In this document: piece by piece, positions 52,930-64,000 of the stretch
Layout: each line of letters starts with the position of its first letter
How positions within the stretch are numbered: the stretch's first letter is position 1
NCBI GenBank assembly: GCA_951406725.2
Contig: OX597818.1
Coordinates: forward strand, 101,060,001-101,124,000
Source: Octopus vulgaris
Taxonomy: Eukaryota
Direction of reading: 5' to 3'
Length of the DNA: 64,000 nt
The notes under the pieces: generated by a model
What the model saw: only the letters and a program-made list of their open reading frames with translations
Databases searched by the model: none
Told to the model about the DNA's origin: nothing
Position numbers and translations under genes: made by a program

Positions 52930-53403
52930 TTTATTCATTGCCCACAACGGGCTAAACACAGAGAGGACAAACAAGGACAGACAAACGGATTAAGTAGATT
53001 ATATCAACCCCAGTGCGTAACTGGTACTTATTTAATCGACCCTGAAAGGATGAAAGGCAAAGTAAATCTCGGCGAAATTTGAACTCAGAACGTAGCGGCA
53101 GAGGAAATACCTATTTCTTTATTACCCACAAGGGGCTAAACACAGAGGGGACAAACAAGGACAGACATAGGTATTAAGTCGATTACATCGACCCCAGTGC
53201 GAAACTGGTACTTTATTTATCGACCCCGAAAGGATGAAAGGCAAAGTCGACCTCGGCGGAATTTGAACTCAGAACGTAATGACAGACGAAATACCGTTAA
53301 GCATTTCTCCCGGCACGTTAACGTTTCTGCCAGTTAACGTTTCTGCCAGTTAACGTTTCTGCATTTCGCCCGGCGTGCTTAACGTTTCTGCCAGCTCACC
53401 TGC
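52930..53403 (-). mobile_element. SINE family B head-to-tail dimer; the head contains a tandemly repeated 16-mer TTAACGTTTCTGCCAG
   Basis: Two ~180-bp bodies joined at GAAATAC|CTATTTCTTT (~53110). Confidence 0.85.
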
Positions 53404-53961
53404 TTCAATGAACACAATGCTATGTTACTGTTTGTATTATTTATGTTACAAATTGACAAGGTGGTTTACTTTTCAAGCGCTTTTGAGAGACGTTTAAGTA
53501 ACTTCACTTTCTGGTAAAATGTAGAGACTGTACAACATATATCGAATGTTTTCATCGCTAATATCAAAAATAAATTTTGAATGCACACAGAATCACAAGC
53601 CCATGTAGGTAGCAAACAATCGTTTATGTAAACAAATACACTTAGGCATACACACACACATACGTACATAAATACGTATATACATGTCTATGTAAATGTG
53701 CATATGCGTTAGTGTATGTGTATGCGTGTATGGGTGCATAACAAAAATAACGGTTAAATAACGGTTCATTCACTACACCTTTTTCCACTGAATTTTTAAA
53801 TTTACGAATACAGATACTACATCATTTGAAAGCAAACTGTTTCCATCAGGCGAATATATACGAATTTCTTCCAAATGTCACCAGATTGTTTCACTACATG
53901 ATTCACAGACAAAAATATTTAAAAAATAATGACTTCGTTATATATATATATATATATAAAG

Positions 53962-54070
<109 letters not shown>

Positions 54071-54071
54071 C

Positions 54072-54151
<80 letters not shown>

Positions 54152-54152
<1 letters not shown>

Positions 54153-54573
54153 GGCGCAGGAGTGGCTGTGAGGTAAGTAGCTTGTCTACCACCCACATGG
54201 TTCCGGGTTCAGTCCCACTGCGTGGCACCTTGGGTGAGTGTATTCTGCTATAGCCTCGGGCCGACCAAAGCCTTGTGAGTGGATTTGGTAGACGGAAACT
54301 GAAAGAAGCCCATCGTATATATGTATATATATATGTATATGTATGTGTGTGTGTTTGTGTGTCTGTGTTTGTCCCTCCAGCATTGCTTGACAACCGATGC
54401 TGGTGTGTTTATGTCCCCGTTACTTAGCGGTTCGGCAAAAGAGACCGATAGAATAAGTACTGGGCTTACAAAAAGAATAAATCCCGGGGTCGAGTTGCTC
54501 GATTAAAGGCGGTGCTCCAGCATGGCCGCAGTCAAATGACTGAAACAAGTAAAAGAGTAAAAGAGTAAAAGAG
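54152..54573 (+). mobile_element. tRNA-derived SINE, family A, full length
   Basis: A-box-like TGGCTGTGAGG, B-box-like GGTTCAGTCCC, internal microsatellite and a (GTAAAAGA)3 tail, within (AT)n. Confidence 0.9.
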
Positions 54574-54684
54574 TATATATATATATATATATATGTATAA
54601 GGGTGAAAAGGAACACACGAGTTGATATATATGAAAAAACAAGTCAGAATAGAAAATGCTAAAATAATTTTATAGTGAACACTT

Positions 54685-54722
54685 CAGTAGTTGTTTCGGT
54701 CATTTTGAGACCTTTTCAACTG
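54685..54722 (-). ncRNA. Minimal hammerhead-like motif (U3-A8 variant) in the second family pLTR
   Basis: Minus strand CAG-TTGAAAA-GGTC tcaaaat GACC-GAAA-caac-T-A-CTG. Confidence 0.55.
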
Positions 54723-55074
54723 TAACGATTAAATAATTAAAGTTAGAAAAATTAGAAGAAAAGTTTTTTTAAAGGAATATTTCTATAGTAGTGTTCAGAT
54801 ATAAGTGGCATTCTGCCTTTCTCTGACTCCCTTGTTTGCACTTGTGTGTTCGAGGTCGTTGTGAGTTCTTGGTAGGGTAGAAGAAGAAGAAGGCTGATGA
54901 GGAGAGGGGTGGGAAAATCTGGGAGTGCCCTGATGGTCGTATTTTGAATGGTCAGTGGCGGCTAGCAGTCGCAGTTCAATTCAGGAGAATATTTCTATTG
55001 AAAGGCTTGTTTATGGAATTTGCGTGGGTGTTATACTAAAAAGCATTAGTGACAAAGTTAAGAGGTAGAAGGTG

Positions 55075-55280
55075 GAGAAGTAGAAGAAGAAGAAGAAGAA
55101 GAAGAAGAAGAAAAAGAAGAAGAAGAAGAAGAAGAAGATGACGATGTTGATGATGTTGATGATGAAGAAGAAGAAGGAGAAGGAGAAGATGATGATGATG
55201 ATGATGATGGTGGTGATGATGATGACGACGATGATGATGATAATGATGATGATGAAGAAGAAGAGGAAGAAGAAAAAAAC
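55075..55280. repeat. Compound (GAA)n/(GAT)n microsatellite in the PLE 3' UTR
   Basis: Seen directly. Confidence 0.9.
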
Positions 55281-56238
55281 AGAGAAGGGAGAATATGAAT
55301 GGGTGAAAGTAGTGAGGTGTTGTATGACTTGAAGTTGGCATGTTATGGAGTATAGCTGTGATTGGGGCTGATTAGTAATGGATTCTTTGGAATGTAATAT
55401 TTGTGTGTGTATATTTCTTTTATTCTAAAGTTGAGGTATATTAATTGTTTGTCGTAGACCCGTTAAGAAGTGGCCTGTATTTTGTAATAAAGAGAGTTTC
55501 TTTACTTATTCGTTGTCTCGAGGTTGTATCGTCCCTAAATTGGTAGAGGGAGAAAATTCTGAAGCTTGGTGTCTTTTTGTTGGCGCAAGTATCTATGTGT
55601 TGGCTAAAAGCTATTTTTCTGTTTTGGGGAATTTTTATCTGGGATCTGTGCAGGGCCATTCGTTTACGCAAACTATTTTTTGTTTGGCCTATTTACTGCT
55701 CTTGACACCCGGAGAAGGTTAGTGAGTATATTAGGTTCTCCGAAGCACATATGAAGTTGCTTTTCACTGTAAACCGTTGTCCCTGTTTGAAGGAGAACTC
55801 TGATCCCTCAATTAGATAGTCGCATATCCCGCAATTGGGTCTTTCACATTTTTTTACTGTCGGCTTCTGTGTTGAAGGGTGAATTCGGGCTTGTGTTAGG
55901 AGACTTTTCATGGATTTAGGCTGTCTCTTGCTTTTTATGATCGTGTGTGCTTGGAGGATTGTGTTCATTCTGTGGTCTTTTTTTAGGAGGGGTATGTTGT
56001 GGAGGATGGTGCCGAAGGCTTCGTTATTGAGAGGGTTGTGTGTACAGTAAAAAAATGTGGAAGACCCAATTGCGGGATATGCGACTATCTAATTGAGGGA
56101 TCAGAGTTCTCCTTCAAACAGGGACAACGGTTTACAGTGAAAAGCAACTTCACATGTGCTTCGGAGAACCTAATATACTCACTAACCTGCTCCGGGTGTC
56201 AAGAGCAGTACATAGGCCAAACAAAAAATAGACATACA

Positions 56239-56303
<65 letters not shown>

Positions 56304-57072
56304 TTAGTTATTCATTTACATACATGCATACATATATACATAAAATACATGCATACATTCATAGGCACATATATATGTTTGCGTGCATTTGTGTAAAGAG
56401 GAAAAGACACGCAAAGGTATACTCATGCATACATACATATTCATAAATGCATGTATTTACGTCTTAAAATAAGAGTAACCTAAATCTACATATATTCTTT
56501 AAAAAACATCGAGGCAGATAAGTCAATCTTAACTGAAATATGATGGCTTTGCACTATATGTTCAAAAACCGCGTATCAGTAATTGATCAACACGTATGAT
56601 CAAGTTTACTGAAGAACAACTATCATGTGACTGGATAACTATCAATTTATCCAATTACAATCAAAGATATATTTTTAGTTGGAATGCAAATTAATGTATA
56701 AGTAAAATTAGCTGCTTGTACGTATTACTTTTTTTCTCTATATATTGACAAAATCTACATTAATTTCACAATAGTAATCTGTCTCTCACTTTATACTTTT
56801 ATACATGTGCACACACATACACAGAGTTAATCCAGATGTATGCAGCTATGTACATATAATATGTAATCTGTACCTACTCTCACTAGGCCAGTTAGTGGAA
56901 TATGTCTCCTAACATATAATGTATTATAGACATGCTATTCTATGAACAAAATAAATAGTACCTCTTTCTAGATCGGCCAGCGAGAGAGCTTGACACATTC
57001 CGGCATCATCTGGGCCTCCTCAGTGGTGCGTACACACGACAGGCCACATATTTATCGCGTTCGATGTATTTC

Positions 57073-57287
57073 CTTTTATTCTCTAAGATTCTTAAGTAAT
57101 TTTGACTTTGTCTATGCTGGAGCACCACATTTTAGTCGAAGAAATCTACCCCTGGACTTAAATCTTTTTAAGCCTTCCTCTCCGGCTCTTTGCCGAACCG
57201 CGAAGCTATGAGGACGTACACAAACTAACATCGTTACTTTATCGATGGGGAAGGGACAAACACAGACACAAACACGCACATACACAC

Positions 57288-57326
<39 letters not shown>

Positions 57327-57522
57327 CAGACAGAGAGAGAGAGAGAGAGAGAGAGAAACAGACAGACAGAAAGAGAGAGAGCGAATGATAGATAGATATA
57401 CGTCGTATTTTCAGTTTCCGTCTACCAAATCCACTCACAAGGCTTTGATCGGCCCCAGGCTATAGTAGAAAGCGCAGCACAGCAGTCTGAACCCCGAACT
57501 ATGTGGTTGAGAAGGAGCCTCC
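57073..57522 (-). mobile_element. SINE family A, diverged
   Basis: TTCAGTTTCCGTCTACCAAATCCACTCACAAGGCTTTG and TGCTGGAGCACC match the reverse complement of the 54152 copy. Confidence 0.8.
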
Positions 57523-58199
57523 TTATTCTAGTTATTCAAACACCGTTCTTCGGTGTTTAGAAGGCACATTCTTCCGTATATTCTAAATTGCTCTGCAGGA
57601 AACAGTTCACAATTTATATACTTGCCATTGAGTACGACCCTCTCCTACGTAATAAACTTGTCTACAAATCAGCGAAAGAGACTTTTACAGCACCCTCAGT
57701 ATCTAATAATTACTTTGTGTATCTCTTCTGACATCTTACTGCTTTCACTATATGTTCGTTTTGCAAACATATTGCACAATGTCATCTGAGATATGCGATA
57801 ATCGAAACGACTGTATGCGACGTTTGATTTTATATAGTTTTTGTACTCAACTGAATATACTGCATATAGAAAATTAGGGATAAATACTTTAGTGTTACTC
57901 ATTCCTTGTGGTATAAGACGTAGCGTTGCAGTTATATATAACGAGAAAATGTATATTAATGCCAAAAGTCGAAGTAAGAACCACAAACCTTGCAAAGTGA
58001 AGTTAAATTTACAGTTCTATAGAAAATAAATTGAATATCCAACAAAAGGCATGTGAATGAAGTTATATTAAACTTGACTGCTAAATAGCTAAAACATATT
58101 CGTGCATGCTTTAAATAAACAATAATGTTATACGATCAGTAATAATATGTTTTCAATGCTGAATAGAGATAAAAAGGTGTATTTCGTTTCTATTATGTT

Positions 58200-58781
58200 T
58201 TTCTACTGTAGGCACAAGGCCCGAAATTTCGTGGGGAGGAGGCCAGTCGATTAGATCGACTACAGTACGCAAATGATATTTAATTTATCGACCCCGGAAG
58301 GATGGAAGGCAAAGTCGACCTCGGCGGAATTTGAATTCAGAAAATAAAGACAGAAGAAATACCTTTTTCTTTGCTACCCACGCGGGGCTAAACACAGTGA
58401 GGACAAACAAGGAGAGACAAACAGATTAAATCGATTATATCGACCCCAGTGCATAACTAGTACTTAATTTATCGACCCCAAAATGATGAAAGACAAAGTC
58501 CACCTCGGCGGAATTTGAACTTAGAACGTAGCGACAGGCGAAATACCTATTTCTTTACTACACACATGGGGTTAAACACAGAGAGGACAAACAAAGACAG
58601 GCAAACAGATTGAGTCGATTCTATCGGTCCCAGTGCGTAACTGGTACTTAATTTAATCGATCCCGAAAGGATGAAAGGCAAAGTCGACCTCGGTGGAATT
58701 TGAACTCAGAACGTAACGGCAGTCGAAATATCACTAAGCATTTCGCCCGGGGTGCTAACGTTTCTGCCAGTTCGCCGCCTT
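58200..58781 (-). mobile_element. SINE family B head-to-tail trimer
   Basis: Three bodies (AAAGTCGACCTCGGCGGAATTTGAA-like at ~58311, ~58495 and ~58680), junctions GAAATAC|CT at ~58362 and ~58546, and one head at 58730-58781. Confidence 0.85.
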
Positions 58782-58928
58782 ATTTTGTGTCTATTACTGA
58801 TACATTACTCTGTAACTGAATCAAAATATATTCGAAATCATATGCCTCTTCTAAAAACATACGAAATTATTGAGTTTACATAAGTAAAGTTTAATGATTT
58901 TGACATAGCAATATATTTTAGGAAATTT

Positions 58929-59097
58929 AAAGAGCTGAGCTTACAGAATCGTTAGCAAGCCAGACAAAATGCTTAGCCTCACTTCGTCCGTTCTTACGTT
59001 CTGAGTTTTTGTCTTTCATCCTCTCAGGATCGATGAAATAATTACCAGTTACGCCCTGGCAACTTTCTCCCAAAATTTCGAGCCGTATTCCTATAAA
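58929..59097 (+). mobile_element. SINE family B, diverged copy in the opposite orientation
   Basis: GAGCTTACAGAATCGTTAGC...AAATGCTTAGC...CGTTCTGAGT...TCTTTCATCCT. Confidence 0.7.
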
Positions 59098-59530
59098 AGA
59101 CTGGAAAAATATACGGACAACAAATAGAAGTGCGGTCACCGATCAATGATTAATAATATAGTTTACATGAACTCCCTACATTATACCCTATATTGGAGAT
59201 TTATTGTAAAATTCATGGATATACCTAGTTATCTTTCTCCACGACTAGAATTGCATATGTTCATGCTTTTCTTGGAGATTTTCTATGAAATCATTTTTAC
59301 GTACAGAGATAGAATATTTTAAAAATCGGGCATTTCCAAAACGAGAGAATACGTAAGTCATCGTTCGAGTTACCATGGACAGAGCCACTGGAAAACAAGT
59401 ACACATCGGATTTGGTAGTGACAAGTGTACTGTACACCGGAAAACACCGTTAGTATGGACGATGATTGGTTAGAAACATTGTAGTTCAAAGCAAATAAGT
59501 GATTAATAAAACAAAGTATGATTTGCATTC

Positions 59531-59800
59531 GTGGAGGTGCAATAGCTCAGCGGTTTTGGCAGCAGTCTCACGGTCGGAGGATCGCGGTTTCGATTCACCT
59601 AAACACCTAAAAGCTCCACGAGGCTCCGGCAAGGGGTGGTGAGGACCCCTGTTGTACTGTTTCGCCACAACATTCTCTCGCTCTCTCTTACAGTTTCTTG
59701 AGTAACGCTGCAATGGACTGGCATCCTGTCCAGCTGGGGGGAACAGATAGACCACAGAAATCGGGAAACCGGGCCCATGAACCTGGCTAGGCTTGAAAAA
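59531..59800 (+). mobile_element. SINE family C
   Basis: A box TAGCTCAGCGG and B-box-like GTTTCGATTC; body homologous to 30608-30912. Confidence 0.8.
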
Positions 59801-61734
59801 GTTGACGTTTATCGCTTATCATTATCATTTGCATTCAGGTTTTGGAAAAAATACCAAATACATAAAATTGTCGAAGGAAAATTACTAGTTATCATTTGAA
59901 TAAAATTGGAATCTAGCAGTCACTAGATATCATGGATCACATTACTTTAGATTAACTCATTGTGCTGCAGTAACACTGTTTCATTTGAATGGCATTAGTA
60001 TAGTATTAACAGTGACACACAACATTCCCACGTATGTCGAAGTGTGTTTGTGCGTGTACATGTGTGTGTGTGTGTTTATGTCTGACTGTATATATGCATG
60101 TATGAAATAGATTTAGGGGTGCAGGAATTTTAAACATAAATTTATGTCAATGAGAAAATATATTCTTGTAGACATAGCATACGTCCTTTTTATTACTCGT
60201 TTTCTCTTTTCAATATATTTTTATTTACTTCTAATATATGAATTTATAAAAACATCGTTTGAGAGAAAACTTAAGTATGTAATGAGAGAGAAAATAAACT
60301 TCATATCTACTGGCAATATTCATCAGTTTATACATTACGCATACATCTTAATATGATTCTGTGAATTAATCTAACTGCAAGCGTATACGTAATAAATTTT
60401 ATAAAACATATCTTATATATTAACCAACAAACTTATAGTTACATAGACATTGATTTATTATATACAAATATCCAGAATATGTGGGTATGTTAACGCCAAT
60501 ATTTAAACTGATGAAAAGTATAAGAATTTAGTTAACTGAGATAATGTGAGAATTCAGGAAAAAAGTTTTGAATCTCTGTCTTACTACGATAGTTTAGCAA
60601 ATAGTTAAAAGTTATTACCCTAGTAGCAAAATCCCGAAACTTTATATTCTTCACTAGTAACGGTAAATTAATATACAGAAAATATCTACCGATTCTTTTA
60701 TCTTTAACATGTAGTGAATTGAATTTCTTAAGCATTCTACTGCTTTTCACATAACCTGTGGGAAGAAGATCAGATTGAATTGTGTGACTTTACAGATTGC
60801 TGTTGTTTGCAGAAGTTTATATAATAAATTGCATCAGACTTTGTATATTGTTGGTAATATTATCGATCGCTGATCGATAGAGAACAAAGTTTAGCGTGGA
60901 ACCTAAGATGTTAGGATAAACTTTGAAGAAATTATGTCTTGTAATGTTATTAATATTACGGTACACATTCTACAAGTTTTCTCACAAATTTAAATTAAAA
61001 TTCACTTACATCGCGGCATGCACAGATATTTGTGACCGAAAACTTTACGAGGTCCGTTGTCTTTTACATAGAAATAATTTATTCTTGTTTGACAAATTAT
61101 AATAAGCCCTTAGGAAAGAGATGTGACACAATGGATACACAGGATATATATAAATCCCATGTATCCATATATATAAAGCCATAATATATATTTTAACGAA
61201 CATACCTACTGACTACTATATTGTTTAAAAAATATTGTGACACGTGATGGCACATTCAGATGTTACTTGCTAATTACAGATAGAACATCTAATTGACTCA
61301 TAGATGATGCCCCCCTTTAAATTTCAAAACCTGTTCTTTTCCATTTTATAAAAATATATAGGTGCCATAAAATAAGAATGGATATATGTAGCATCAATAT
61401 AATTATTAACAGGAGGATTAAAGGGGAATATTACGAATCAAGTACTTGAGCTGATTGATGCAAATGCAGGACTTAAATATTTCATTGAAATGCAGTAAGA
61501 TATTTGTCATTCATAATAGAGTGGTAATAATTACGATGATAATTTAACGATAAAGTTTGTAATTATTATACTCTTTGTTTATTTGGGTGTTCTATAGAGG
61601 ATATTCCTATGTCGCATTCCTTTCAGCTTTTTCAATGATAATACTTTGATATCGATTGATTTTTTAGCTAAGTGAATGTATGTATGTGTATATAGACATA
61701 CATACACACATGCATACATATATTCATACACACA

Positions 61735-61774
<40 letters not shown>

Positions 61775-61775
<1 letters not shown>

Positions 61776-62786
61776 TAGCAGTATCTCCCGGCGTTGCTCG
61801 GGTTTGTAAGGGAAATAACTATATAAGCATTTTTAGTGAGTTATAGCAAAAAAATAGCAAAAAATGCATTAAAAATGGAATAAAAAATTATGGTAATTTT
61901 TTTTTAATCGTTGACTCATCGTAGACATTTTTAGAGAGTTACTTCCCTTATATAATAGCGAAAAATGCATTAAAATGGAATAAAAAATGATGGTAATTTT
62001 TTTTTAATCGTTAACTCATCGTAGGCATTCTTAGAGAGTTACTTCCCGTATATAATAGCGAAAAATGCATTAAAATGGAATAAAAAATGATGGTAAATTT
62101 TTTTTTAAATCGTAGACTCATCGTAGACGCGCGCTAATACCCAAAATGGCTCGATATGAATCACGACTATAAGATACCCGGTTTTGGTTAAACTGCACCG
62201 CAAAATGTGGGAGTAGTTAGGAATCTAAATCGTAGGAGACAGACACACAACCTTACTTTTATATATAAAGATTTGTGCAACAACTAAAACATTCGGTTGT
62301 GCAAATTGTTTGCACAGGAAACCTGCCCTGTGTGGCGGTAATTGCCGTTTTTGTGGATCTGTTTCAGCTTTTTTAGCGATTTCTGTTTTGGCGACTTCAA
62401 GCCATGAAGTCGTTGTTCTAAGAGAACTCTGGTCTCCTTGACAACGCATTACGACGTTGATTTTCTTACACTCCCTTCCCCACAGCTTCACGAGGGAGGG
62501 AAGACGGGGGAGAAGCAACACAGGTGCACGTGTGAGCGTGGACGCTAACTCCGCCGCCATCGACACATGAAAAAATATGCATTAAAATGGAATAAAAATG
62601 ATGTTAAATTATTTTTAAAATCGTAGACTCAATGTAGACGCGCGCTAATACTCAGACGGGCTTGATATAAATCACGACTATAAGATACCCGAATTTGGTT
62701 AAACTGCACCGCAAAATGTGGGAGTTGTTAGGAATCTAAATCGAAGGGGACAGACACTCACACAACTACAGTTTTATATATATAGA
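61775..62786 (-). mobile_element. Composite non-autonomous Helitron with two 5' ends and ~100-bp internal tandem repeats
   Basis: 3' end CCCGAGCAACGCCGGG-AGATACTG-CTAG|T shared with the 29563 element; TC termini at 62271 and 62786; module 62065-62271 duplicated at ~62575-62786; 100-bp period at 61921/62021. Confidence 0.75.
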
Positions 62787-63307
62787 TATATATATATAAA
62801 TGGATGATTGAATTATCCTTTGTTTACAGTTAAAATGGAAAATTCAATAAACAGTTATCAGGGTAGAACAATTCACGCAAGTAACAAGGGTGTAGCAGTC
62901 CTATTCAAAGGTAGAATCTCCGGGGTTGATGTGCAGTAATTTGTATAGTATTATTAAATAAATGGAGTTGAACGCAGGTGTTATTCAAATTCCTATACCT
63001 TCGACGTATGTTCGAAGACAATATTGGTTTTATTCCAAAGGAATAAACGGTGTAAAATAATGTAATCTTCTCATCAGGAAAGAAAGAGAACAAGACATTA
63101 TAACAATTTTGATGACTGCATAAATGATAAATAGAACGCTATTAAGTATTTAAAATAAACGTTAGTAGGTCTGACGTCAAAAGCAGACAGTAGCAAGAGA
63201 AGGGGTAAAGAACTAATAAGTAGAGAACAAATAAAGAGGGATATATTGGTAGAAAAAAATGTTCAAAATCTTGGAAGTAGATTTCTCTATTGAAGTAAAG
63301 TGTAAAG

Positions 63308-63666
63308 AGGCGGTTGGATGGAACCTACACTCGCCTCCTTATGAGAGCTCAAAATCTCTCGTGGAGGCGCCATCCAACTAAAATGCAAATATATGGGAAA
63401 TTACCACCTGTGTCATCTCTTGTGAAAGGTAGGAGAGTCCAGTTTGCTGGACATTGTTGTAGAGCTGAAAAAGAAGTAATTTCTACTCTTCTCCTCTGGA
63501 AGCCATCTACTCGCAACACCAGAGGGTGCACACTCTCCTACCCTGATGTAATCTCCAGGGATACAGGCATCCAGCAACAGGACCTCCGTAATGCTATGAT
63601 GGACCGTGAAGTCTGGCGCAACATGGTAAATTCCATTGTCTCGACCACGGTCGAACAATGATGATG
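63308..63666 (+). mobile_element. 5'-truncated RTE-clade LINE 3' end with (TGA)n tail and 11-bp TSD
   Basis: RLDGTYTRLL...ISW-like...RRVQFAGHC...LLLWKP...DREVWR; tail TGATGATG; AAAGTGTAAAG at 63297-63307 and 63667-63677. Confidence 0.85.
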
Positions 63667-64000
63667 AAAGTGTAAAGTGAACTAAATGTTCAAACTATAC
63701 AGACTGGTATAAATCACTTATATGAGCTAAATGTATGTTTCTGCCATTACTTACATTTGTAAGATCGCTCTATAAGTGTGTTAACAAGGTGATTCTTAGA
63801 AACGAGAATATGGAAGAGTTCAGAGTTGCAAATGTTACAAAATCATTTGCCCTTGTCATAAGGGAAAGAGATGGATAGGATGAACCAATCTAACTTAAAA
63901 TCCCATTATTGTTGTTTTTAAGATACCAAGCCAATTCAATGCCGTGAATGGAACTTGCTGTCTCTTATTGACTAATTATGGTATTGAGTATTTCTGAAAG

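Larger units (their letters stand above)
54598..56229 (-). mobile_element. Second Neptune-type PLE family: 3' fragment (GIY-YIG 55441-56044, 3' UTR, pLTR) with a short inverted copy at 56044-56229
   Basis: IIKSKRQPKS...CERPNCGIC...NLIYSLTFSGCQEQ*IGQTKNSLRKRMALH is clearly homologous to 49220-49741; 56044-56229 is the reverse complement of ~55674-55860. Confidence 0.9.

Noticed and set aside
55036-55341. His/Leu-rich and Met/Lys-rich ORFs
   Set aside because: (GAA)n/(GAT)n tract inside a PLE 3' UTR.
60532-60775. Minus-strand acceptor-like TCTTCTTCCCACAG followed by a 72-aa frame
   Set aside because: No recognisable domain or partner exon; cannot support a host exon.

Overview
AT-rich eukaryotic non-genic DNA. 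The microsatellite load and tRNA-derived SINE families suggest an octopus/cephalopod genome (inference). No host protein-coding gene can be supported; most ORFs in the track are translations of (AT)n/(AC)n/(TAA)n. The window is dominated by Penelope-like retroelements (PLEs). (1) A young ~10 kb Neptune-type array (40551-50576): one full 4474-bp unit with ORF1 and RT/GIY-YIG ORF2, preceded by a partial tandem copy and joined to an inverted 5'-truncated copy. (2) A second Neptune family fragment with a short inversion (54598-56229). (3) A 4.7-kb non-coding palindrome (9269-13943) with a well-formed type I hammerhead ribozyme near each outer end. (4) A 175-bp perfect palindrome with similar geometry (23542-23716). 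All four sit in or next to (AT)n-type tracts, and three have asymmetric ends with ATAT microhomology. Also present: three SINE families (one forming fixed-junction multimers), two non-autonomous Helitrons, R4/Dong-like and RTE LINE fragments, a mariner relic and a local ~370-bp duplication.
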